Source: Candidatus Heimdallarchaeota archaeon
Lineage (GTDB): Archaea; Asgardarchaeota; Heimdallarchaeia; Heimdallarchaeales; Heimdallarchaeaceae
NCBI GenBank assembly: GCA_016839945.1
Contig: JAEOTE010000091.1
Location: 1-18,593 of the forward strand
Reading direction: 5' to 3'
DNA length: 18,593 bases
The notes below the pieces were generated by a model, which worked only from the letters and a program-made list of their open reading frames with translations, was not told where the DNA came from and did not search any database. The translations under genes and the position numbers were made by a program. Shown here one piece after another: positions 1 through 6,844 of this stretch; position 1 is the stretch's first letter; the number at the start of each line of letters is the position of its first letter.

Positions 1-1
1 C

Positions 2-607
2 AAACTTCTTCTTACTACAAGAAAATTATCAGAGAATGATAAGAAAAACATTCAAATTCTAAACAAGGTAGTTAAAGGTTTTAATTCCATAAAATATCTA
101 ATTAAGAAAATTGAATATGTAGAGGATGTTCATTCTGTTCTAGGTCAATATCCTACTCCCGACAAAAAAACTGGATATGTCATTGAGGAAACTAGATATA
201 TTGAAGCTATAAACGCTATGAATTCTTTACTAAAAATCAGTAAATCAGATAAAACAACAGAGAAAAAATCAAAATTAGAAAGAGAACTCATTAATCTTTC
301 AAAGTTTTTAGGATTAGCAAATGAAAAACTAGTAATGAACGTTATTTACACTAAACCTCCTATATTAATGTCTGAAATAAGAGCTTCTTTGGAAATAATC
401 ACTGCAACTATAGAACCAATCTATGAGATGATAAAAGGTAAGTATTTCAGAGAAGAAATAAAAAGTGCAAAGATAGGTTTAAGTTTATTAGCTGAGGATA
501 AAAATCTCAAAGTTGGAGATTCTGTGAAAATAAATAGATTGTTTACAAGAAAAAAAGCAATCGGTGAATTAGAAGAACTAAGTGAAATACTCCGAAGTTT
601 TAGTTAA
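2..607 (+). CDS. Hypothetical protein, 5'-truncated by the window edge
   Basis: The frame of ORF 218..607 stays open back to position 2 (KLLLTTRKLSENDKKNIQ...EAINAMNSLLK), so the listed ATG is internal. Lys/Glu/Ile-rich and helical-looking; no motif recognised. Confidence 0.7.
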   Translation, partial: KLLLTTRKLSENDKKNIQILNKVVKGFNSIKYLIKKIEYVEDVHSVLGQYPTPDKKTGYVIEETRYIEAINAMNSLLKISKSDKTTEKKSKLERELINLSKFLGLANEKLVMNVIYTKPPILMSEIRASLEIITATIEPIYEMIKGKYFREEIKSAKIGLSLLAEDKNLKVGDSVKINRLFTRKKAIGELEELSEILRSFS

Positions 608-692
608 TATTATCATACATTCAAATTGTACTACAAATAGAATTCATTTTTTTAAGAATAAAGTTTTTAACAAGTTATTTTTATGGGAATTT

Positions 693-2162
693 ATGTCAAA
701 TAATGGAAACTTAGAAGATCTTGTAGCTTATGGTATAAAATGTAGTGAAAAAGAAGGAGCGGAGTATGCAGATGTTAAGTATATGGACACTAAAATGGAA
801 GAAATATCCTACAAAAATGAAAATATTGAAAAAATTAGTAGAGATGACAAGAGAGGAATAGGTATTAGATGCATTGTAAACAAAAGCTGGGGATTTGCAA
901 GTACAAACGAATTAACAAGGGAAAAGATTACTGAACTAGCAAAAAAAGCAGTAAAAATTGCCAAAGCTTCATCTTTAGTGAAAAAATTTGACATTGAACT
1001 AGCTGATGAACCTATTCATGAAAATACTGTAAACACTCCTATGAAGAAAGATCCTTTTGAGGTTGAATTAAGCGAGAAGTTATCAATTCTTCAAGAGAGT
1101 GCTAAAAGAGCTAAAGAGTTTTCAGATAGAATAAAAATCGCTTCCAGTCATTATGTTAGTAGAAAAGATAAGATGGTTTTGCATACAACTGAAGGGACAA
1201 AAATTAACCAAACTATAGTTTTTTGTGGAGGAGGAGTAGCTTCTACTGCAATAGAAGGGGGAGAAGTACAAACAAGAAGTCTGCCTGCTAGTTTTAGAGG
1301 AGACTTTCATACAGAAGGTTTTGAGTACTTTGAAGGGTTGAACTTAATTGAAATTTCAGAAAAAACTTCAGAAGAAGCAATTAAGCTATTAACAGCAAAT
1401 AAAATGCCAAGTGGAAAGTCTGCAATAATTCTAGGTCATTCGCAACTAGCATTACAAGTACACGAGAGTTGCGGTCATCCTACAGAATTAGACAGGGCAA
1501 TTGGATACGAAGCAGCTTATGCAGGAACAAGTTTTTTAACACCTGATTTGATTGGAAAGAATTTCAAATATGGAAATGAACTAGTAACAATGGTTGCAGA
1601 TGCTACAGTGCAAGGTGGATTGGGAACTTTCTTCTATGATCACGAAGGTGTTGAAGCTCAAAGAAATATCATGGTAGATAAAGGTGTATTTATTGATTTC
1701 ATGTCTTCTAGAGAAACTGCAAAAGCAATAGGACTTGATCGAAGTTCTGGTGCAGCAAGATCTATGGGATACGATAGGATACCAATCGTGAGAATGACTA
1801 ATGTTAATCTTGAACCAGGAGATTGGGATTTTGATGAGTTGATAGAAGACACAAAAAATGGATATTTCATGGACACCAACAGAAGTTGGAGTATTGATGA
1901 TATAAGAATGAATTTCCAATTTGGAACAGAAATTGGGTGGCGAATAGAAAACGGTGAAATGACTGATATGATTAAGAATCCTACATATGAAGGAATTACA
2001 CCTGAATTCTGGGGAAATGTTAGTGGAATATGTAACAAAAAGCATTGGAAAGTATTCGGCACTCCTAACTGTGGTAAAGGTGAACCCGGTCAAGCAGCTT
2101 ATGTTGGTCATGGCATTGCTCCAACCCGGTTTGATAATGTTAGAGTTGGTATTCTGCAATAA
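693..2162 (+). CDS. tldD: TldD family metalloprotease (catalytic subunit)
   Basis: HESCGHPTE (HExxxH zinc motif), GIGIR...WGFAS N-terminal motif, RMTNVNLEPG, and C-terminal CGKGEPGQ carrying the Cys ligand. ATG 693 (MSNNGNLEDL) is more plausible than GTG 582, which overlaps the upstream gene. Confidence 0.93.
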   Translation: MSNNGNLEDLVAYGIKCSEKEGAEYADVKYMDTKMEEISYKNENIEKISRDDKRGIGIRCIVNKSWGFASTNELTREKITELAKKAVKIAKASSLVKKFDIELADEPIHENTVNTPMKKDPFEVELSEKLSILQESAKRAKEFSDRIKIASSHYVSRKDKMVLHTTEGTKINQTIVFCGGGVASTAIEGGEVQTRSLPASFRGDFHTEGFEYFEGLNLIEISEKTSEEAIKLLTANKMPSGKSAIILGHSQLALQVHESCGHPTELDRAIGYEAAYAGTSFLTPDLIGKNFKYGNELVTMVADATVQGGLGTFFYDHEGVEAQRNIMVDKGVFIDFMSSRETAKAIGLDRSSGAARSMGYDRIPIVRMTNVNLEPGDWDFDELIEDTKNGYFMDTNRSWSIDDIRMNFQFGTEIGWRIENGEMTDMIKNPTYEGITPEFWGNVSGICNKKHWKVFGTPNCGKGEPGQAAYVGHGIAPTRFDNVRVGILQ

Positions 2163-2179
2163 GTTGAGTTTTGACTAAT

Positions 2180-2210
2180 ATGGAGTTTGAAGTATTTCCG
2201 ATAACTCCAT
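2180..2210 (+). other. Intergenic hairpin with K-loop geometry between convergent genes (possible terminator or L7Ae site)
   Basis: ATGGAGTT (2180-2187) pairs perfectly with AACTCCAT (2203-2210), followed by U.U, G.A and A.G oppositions and a 9-nt loop. Confidence 0.5.
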
Positions 2211-2224
2211 TACGCGTAGAATAT

Positions 2225-3955
2225 TTATCTAAGTAGTGCAAAATATTTAGTAAACTTCATTATTGTTTTTATTCCTTTGACTTTCAATTTCCCAGTTAAT
2301 AATGCTTTAATTGGACTTATCTTTCCCAATCCTAATCCCATAAATGTAGCTCGTGTTGTTATAATTGTTCCATCGCACTCTTTTTTAGATCCTTTAACAA
2401 TTTCTACTGTATTGTTTATCTGTTTGAATTTAATCATTCCATTTCCAACATCCAAAACCATAGCTTTGGGATCCTCTTTTGCAACAATCAGTAGGGTATA
2501 TCTGTCTTCTTTAAATTTCTTAAATTCTGTTTTGGTATTCAATGATTTAAGCATTGCAAAGAGAATTGATGCAAAACCTTCGTAATCTTTGCTTTGGTTG
2601 TATATGGGAAGAACCATTTCCATTGCTTTTTTGAACCGTTTTATAATCTCATCTATGGTTGATTCATTCATTGGTGTTGAAAGAATAAAAGCAGTAATAC
2701 CTCTAGAAACGGCATAAAGACCATTGATGGCTAATGCTAGAGTAAAGTATTTAGAAAGTTCTAGTGTGGGTATTAGTTTGAAAACAACTTGTCTTCCATC
2801 AATCACTGGTTCCTCAAAAAGATATACATAATTTAGGGATTGCAGTCCGCTAACTTGTCCTTTAATTTTGAGCTCTTTTAGAACCTCTCTTAATCCCTCT
2901 CTTAATCGAGTCCCTAGTCGATCAAGTCTTTCAACTTCTGCTTCATCATACAGCTCCATGGCTTTTCTGCCTGCTGACATTGTCATGGCATTTCCACTGA
3001 AAGTTCCTGAATGAGTAATGAAATCTTTCTTTGTAGGATTAAATTGATCAATGATATCATGTTTTCCACCGAAGGCTCCTATAGGTAATCCACCACCAAT
3101 TGTCTTTCCGAGTGCTGTTAAATCTGGTGTGACACCATAGAGCTTCTGTATACCTCCAGTCGATAAGCGGAAAGTTATTACTTCGTCAAATATTAGTAGA
3201 ATATTGTATTTATTGGTCAATTCTCTTAATCCTTGTAGATATTCCTTTGTTGCTATAACTCCTCCTCCTGATCCCATAACTGGTTCGAGAATCATTGCAG
3301 CAATTTTCTTGTGGTGTTTCTTCATTATCTTCTCTGCAGCTTCCAAATCATTAAATGGGACAATGAAGACATCTTCAAGAATAGTATTTGGTACTCCCTT
3401 CTCTGTTGTGGCAATAGGCATGTCTTCTGCTGTAAGATTTGGGGTGATGTTAACTTCAACGTAATCATGCGAGCCGTGATAACCTCCCTCTGTTTTGATA
3501 ATCTTGTCCTTTCCAGTATATTTACGAGCTGCTCTTATTGCAAACATTGTTGCTTCAGTACCTGAATTACAAAAACGGAGCAATTCAATTGAAGGAGTTC
3601 TTTCACAGATTATCTTTGCAAGATCATATTGGATTTGCATAGGTGCAGCATGAGATGTACCTTCCTTTCCTTGTTTCTCAATTGCTTTTGCAATTTCAGG
3701 ATGAGCATGACCATGAATATTTACTGTCATACTGTTGAGAATGTCAATGTACTCATTCCCATCAACATCATAAAGATAATAGCCTTTACCTTTTGTAACA
3801 AAATATGGATAAGGATAGAAATGTGCAACATTACGGGTTCCTCCCCCAGGCAGCCATTTTTGTGCTTCTTCAAAGTGTTTTTTGGAGGTAGGTGTTTTAT
3901 CTTTATATAATTGAACTATGTCCTCTTTTATTTTCTCAATTTCTTCAAAAGTCAT
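2225..3955 (-). CDS. Class-III PLP aminotransferase (glutamate-1-semialdehyde aminomutase-like) fused to a C-terminal SCP2 sterol/lipid-binding domain
   Basis: DVDGNEYID, FCNSGTEA, EGGYHG, LLIFDEVIT, DLTALGKTIGGGLPIGA (PLP lysine) and HSGTFSGN. The last ~115 aa contain CDGTIITTRATFMGLGLGKISPIKALLTGKLKVKG, the SCP2 signature. Confidence 0.85.
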   Translation of the reverse strand: MTFEEIEKIKEDIVQLYKDKTPTSKKHFEEAQKWLPGGGTRNVAHFYPYPYFVTKGKGYYLYDVDGNEYIDILNSMTVNIHGHAHPEIAKAIEKQGKEGTSHAAPMQIQYDLAKIICERTPSIELLRFCNSGTEATMFAIRAARKYTGKDKIIKTEGGYHGSHDYVEVNITPNLTAEDMPIATTEKGVPNTILEDVFIVPFNDLEAAEKIMKKHHKKIAAMILEPVMGSGGGVIATKEYLQGLRELTNKYNILLIFDEVITFRLSTGGIQKLYGVTPDLTALGKTIGGGLPIGAFGGKHDIIDQFNPTKKDFITHSGTFSGNAMTMSAGRKAMELYDEAEVERLDRLGTRLREGLREVLKELKIKGQVSGLQSLNYVYLFEEPVIDGRQVVFKLIPTLELSKYFTLALAINGLYAVSRGITAFILSTPMNESTIDEIIKRFKKAMEMVLPIYNQSKDYEGFASILFAMLKSLNTKTEFKKFKEDRYTLLIVAKEDPKAMVLDVGNGMIKFKQINNTVEIVKGSKKECDGTIITTRATFMGLGLGKISPIKALLTGKLKVKGIKTIMKFTKYFALLR

Positions 3956-4066
3956 AACTATTACCTTCTTCTATCGTTTGAACCCAGAACTGCTATTTAA
4001 ACAATTTGAAGATTCGAAATACAATGATTAGAAAAATTAAAAACATGATAGAAATGCTGTTTATCA

Positions 4067-5524
4067 ATGATAGACTTAACAAAAAATGAAAATGGTTTAC
4101 TGGAAGCTGTAAAAAGAGCAAAAGAAAGGAATATAATTATACCAACTTTTGCACAACAAAGAGATCCTAGCAAAATTCCTCCTTCAATTGTAGATGAATT
4201 GAAGGAAATAGGACTTTGGCAAGTACATCCTCGAAATCTCTTTAGAATCACTTGGAAAAATGAACCTTTAGAAAAAGGAGGGGGTTTTGGAGAAGTCAAT
4301 TTTATTGAACTTCCTCCTGAACTCACTGGAGTTGAAGCAAGGATTATATGTTTAGTTGGTAAATTTTTCCCAACTGGAGCACATAAAGTTGGTGCAACTT
4401 TTGGTTGCCTTGTTCCACCCTTAGTTACAGGACAATTTAATCCTATAACACACAAAGCAGTTTGGCCTTCAACTGGTAATTACTGCAGGGGAGGAGCATA
4501 TGACGCAACTCTGCTTTCCTGTGAGTCAATTGCAATTCTCCCTGAAGAGATGTCTAAAGAAAGATTCGAATGGTTACAAACAGTCTCTGGAGAAATCATA
4601 AAGACTCCTGGTAGTGAAAGTAATGTTAAAGAAATTTTTGATAAGGTATGGGAGTTACGAGAAACAAGAGAAAATATCTTTGTTTTCAATCAATTTGAAG
4701 AATTTGGTAATTACCTATGGCATTATGATATTACTGGACATGCAATGAAAGAAGTATTGGAGAAAGAACTAAAAGGTGATGCTTTTAGAGGTCTAGTTTT
4801 AACTACAGGTTCTGCAGGTACAATAGGATGTGGAGATTTTCTCAAGCAGCAATATCCAGAGATGAAAATTGCAGCTGGTGAAGCATTGCAATGCCCAACA
4901 ATGTTATTGAACGGATATGGTGCTCACAGAATTGAAGGAATAGGTGATAAACACATACCCTGGATTCATAACGTGAGAAACACTGATATGGTAATTGCAA
5001 TAGATGATGAAGATACCATGAATATAATGAGATTGTTTAATGAAGAAGAAGGGCACAACTACTTAAAGAAAAAGGGTGTATCTGAAGAATTAGTTTCCAA
5101 ACTGCATTTATTAGGAATTTCAAGTATAGCTAATCTCTTGATGGCAATCAAATTTGCTAAATACTATGAGTTAACTCACAACGATGTCGTCCTAACAGTT
5201 TTCACAGATTCTATGGAACTTTATCAATCCCGCTTAAAAGAGTATAACGCTAAGTTTGGTCCTTATTCAGAAGAAGATGCTATAAAGGATTTTCACTCTC
5301 ATTTAATGGGACAGAAGTTAGATAATATGTTAGAACTAAATTATGTTCAAAGAAAAAGGATTCACAATCTCAAATACTTCACTTGGATTGAACAACAAGG
5401 AAGAGACTTAGATGAACTAATTAGACAATGGGATGATTTAGAATATTGGAATGATATACAAAAGTCAATTGAACCGATTGATAAACTAATAATAGAATTT
5501 AATGAAAAAGTAAGTCAAGGTTAG
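4067..5524 (+). CDS. PLP-dependent enzyme, fold type II (cysteine synthase / Trp synthase beta superfamily), substrate unknown
   Basis: FPTGAHKVGA (PLP lysine), PSTGNYCRGG, NQF, TTGSAGT phosphate-binding loop, HRIEGIG. It has long N- and C-terminal extensions relative to CysK. Confidence 0.85.
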   Translation: MIDLTKNENGLLEAVKRAKERNIIIPTFAQQRDPSKIPPSIVDELKEIGLWQVHPRNLFRITWKNEPLEKGGGFGEVNFIELPPELTGVEARIICLVGKFFPTGAHKVGATFGCLVPPLVTGQFNPITHKAVWPSTGNYCRGGAYDATLLSCESIAILPEEMSKERFEWLQTVSGEIIKTPGSESNVKEIFDKVWELRETRENIFVFNQFEEFGNYLWHYDITGHAMKEVLEKELKGDAFRGLVLTTGSAGTIGCGDFLKQQYPEMKIAAGEALQCPTMLLNGYGAHRIEGIGDKHIPWIHNVRNTDMVIAIDDEDTMNIMRLFNEEEGHNYLKKKGVSEELVSKLHLLGISSIANLLMAIKFAKYYELTHNDVVLTVFTDSMELYQSRLKEYNAKFGPYSEEDAIKDFHSHLMGQKLDNMLELNYVQRKRIHNLKYFTWIEQQGRDLDELIRQWDDLEYWNDIQKSIEPIDKLIIEFNEKVSQG

Positions 5525-5530
5525 AATTAA

Positions 5531-5551
5531 TTTTCCTTTTTTCCCTTATTT
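5531..5551 (+). terminator. Oligo-T archaeal terminator candidate
   Basis: TTTTCCTTTTTTCCCTTATTT lies immediately after the stop codon at 5524. Confidence 0.4.
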
Positions 5552-5585
5552 AAATGATTTTACGGATATACTTTTTGAAACATAA

Positions 5586-6377
5586 ATGAGTGATGTTGCT
5601 AGAGATGAAATAGATGAATTAAGGGATAGTATAGCATCTCCTCTAGTAGACATTGAAACAGAGAAAAAAGAGAAACTTCTTTTATCTTTAGAAAGGCAAG
5701 AAGTCCGTGTGCAAGAATGTATAGATGAAATATTGGTGATTTTGAGTGATCACATACCTCAAGAAATCCTCATACAAGCTGTGACACAATTTGAAAGCAT
5801 ACAGTATAGGATGATTTCAAACAGAATAAAAGAGAACAAACACTTTACGAAAAATCAAATTGCTACGGTCTTTTTGGCTATTCTTGATAATCTGCTAGCT
5901 CTCATTTATGAAAAGATAACTCCTGAATATTTCTCTATACTTAGACATAATATTCAGGGTATGAGTAATGGAAAATCTTTCAGTTATAACACTATGAAAA
6001 AAACACAAATTGAACTTTTCCAAAATGGTTATATCTCTCGAATTAAAAAACTAGGTTATACTTTGCAACTAAAGGACAGATTTTGTCAGATTCTTAGCAA
6101 TATGATGGCTATTTATCCACAATATGTTGACGAACTATACGACCTCGAAATAAGCGGATACAATTTGATTCACTCTAAATCAATACCAAAGATAGATGTA
6201 ACAAAGTCAGCTGCTGTAGTAGTTGGATCTTTAATTAAAACTTACTTTGCAAAGAAAGATGATCAGGAAAAATTGTGGAAATATGTAGAAGAAATCACGG
6301 ATGAAGATTACAATCAATTTCGAAGGAAGGTTTACAGATTTAAATCTAATCTGAAAAAAGAAGGATATGAAATCTAG
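5586..6377 (+). CDS. Hypothetical all-alpha protein, possible cyclin/TFIIB-like double helical repeat
   Basis: 263-aa ORF filling the gap between genes. The fold call rests only on the spacing of helical motifs (see findings). Confidence 0.7.
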   Translation: MSDVARDEIDELRDSIASPLVDIETEKKEKLLLSLERQEVRVQECIDEILVILSDHIPQEILIQAVTQFESIQYRMISNRIKENKHFTKNQIATVFLAILDNLLALIYEKITPEYFSILRHNIQGMSNGKSFSYNTMKKTQIELFQNGYISRIKKLGYTLQLKDRFCQILSNMMAIYPQYVDELYDLEISGYNLIHSKSIPKIDVTKSAAVVVGSLIKTYFAKKDDQEKLWKYVEEITDEDYNQFRRKVYRFKSNLKKEGYEI

Positions 6378-6409
6378 ATTTCAAAAATCTTCATAATGCT
6401 TTCATCATC

Positions 6410-6417
6410 TTTATAAA
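6410..6417 (+). promoter_or_regulatory. TATA box candidate upstream of the structured RNA
   Basis: TTTATAAA at 6410-6417, with a pyrimidine/purine step (T6440/A6441) about 31 nt from its first T. The background is AT-rich, so this is tentative. Confidence 0.35.
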
Positions 6418-6449
6418 CTGCTTTTTTTTCAGTTTAACATATTTTTTGA

Positions 6450-6722
6450 AACGCACGTTATGAAACTTGGTTAAACTTGCTAAAGGCTTTCTAACCGTCG
6501 TTTAAGTGGTTCCCCTCACGTGCGTTGAGGGGAAGTAATCATGAGGATCATGATTTAGTAGGAAAGGAGGGAGTGTGCATACTCCTCAACATCGTTCCTA
6601 CAATTGCACATAGTGCTACTTGATTCAAATGATTCTAACTGAGGGATAGGTGTTCGAGCACCTGTGAACCAAGCTATAGGTGAGTATTCACCTAGCACTA
6701 CCCACTTATCCGCACTTTCATA
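6450..6722. ncRNA. Putative novel structured non-coding RNA (multi-branched, pseudoknotted), strand unresolved
   Basis: Nested complementary segments: 6503-09/6702-08, 6510-18/6526-34, 6537-44/6548-55, 6558-64/6595-6601, 6570-74/6581-85, 6611-18/6693-6700, 6619-27/6665-73 (one mismatch), 6648-52/6659-63 and 6679-83/6688-92. Loop 6519-25 is complementary to 6451-57. Hand-counted GC is 93/210 (44%) over 6501-6710, well above the flanks. Confidence 0.7.
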
Positions 6723-6844
6723 TATAAACCCGTAAAAAACACTGCAGACGAATGAAACCTCACTCTCACAGTTAAAGAGCAATAAATATATACTATAGCG
6801 CTTCTGGCAAGATTGAGTAATATTTAAACACTCAGTAGTCTAAG

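Noticed and set aside
582-692. N-terminal 37-aa extension of TldD from GTG 582
   Set aside because: It overlaps the upstream gene and crosses AT-rich promoter-like DNA. TldD-like sequence begins at ATG 693.
2180-2210. SECIS element
   Set aside because: It has a tandem GA core but lacks the long upper helix and apical AA, and no in-frame TGA selenoprotein candidate was noticed nearby.
2225-3955. Assigning the symbol hemL
   Set aside because: The family is right, but the SCP2 fusion and the absence of tetrapyrrole genes make true GSA aminomutase function uncertain.
809-4689. Antisense and alternate-frame ORFs inside tldD, the aminotransferase and the PLP enzyme (e.g. 1581-2159, 1658-2062, 3997-4455)
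   Set aside because: They are shadow ORFs that overlap well-supported genes and carry no motifs of their own.
6441-6448. Sm-site-like ATTTTTTG at the possible RNA 5' end
   Set aside because: Such words are common in this AT-rich DNA, and it is equally explained as a terminator tract of the upstream gene.
6639-6669. Hammerhead-like core (CTGAGGGA...hairpin...GAAC)
   Set aside because: It deviates from the required CUGANGA and GAAA, and stems I and III cannot be built convincingly.
6503-6708. MITE or IS remnant bounded by TAAGTGG/CCACTTA
   Set aside because: The inverted repeat is only 7 bp, there is no target-site duplication, and no transposase, TnpB or IscB gene is present in the window.
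6450-6722. Identification as RNase P RNA, SRP RNA, 5S rRNA, tRNA-Sec/Pyl, or a group I/II intron
   Set aside because: No GAGGAAAGUCC or matching CR-V/P4 pairing, no SRP helix-8 motif or long rod, no stem-flanked UCA/CUA anticodon loop, and no intron catalytic motifs on either strand.
6555-6782. 75-aa minus-strand ORF across the structured region
   Set aside because: Non-ATG start, no recognisable motif and atypical composition. The nested base pairing explains the region better.
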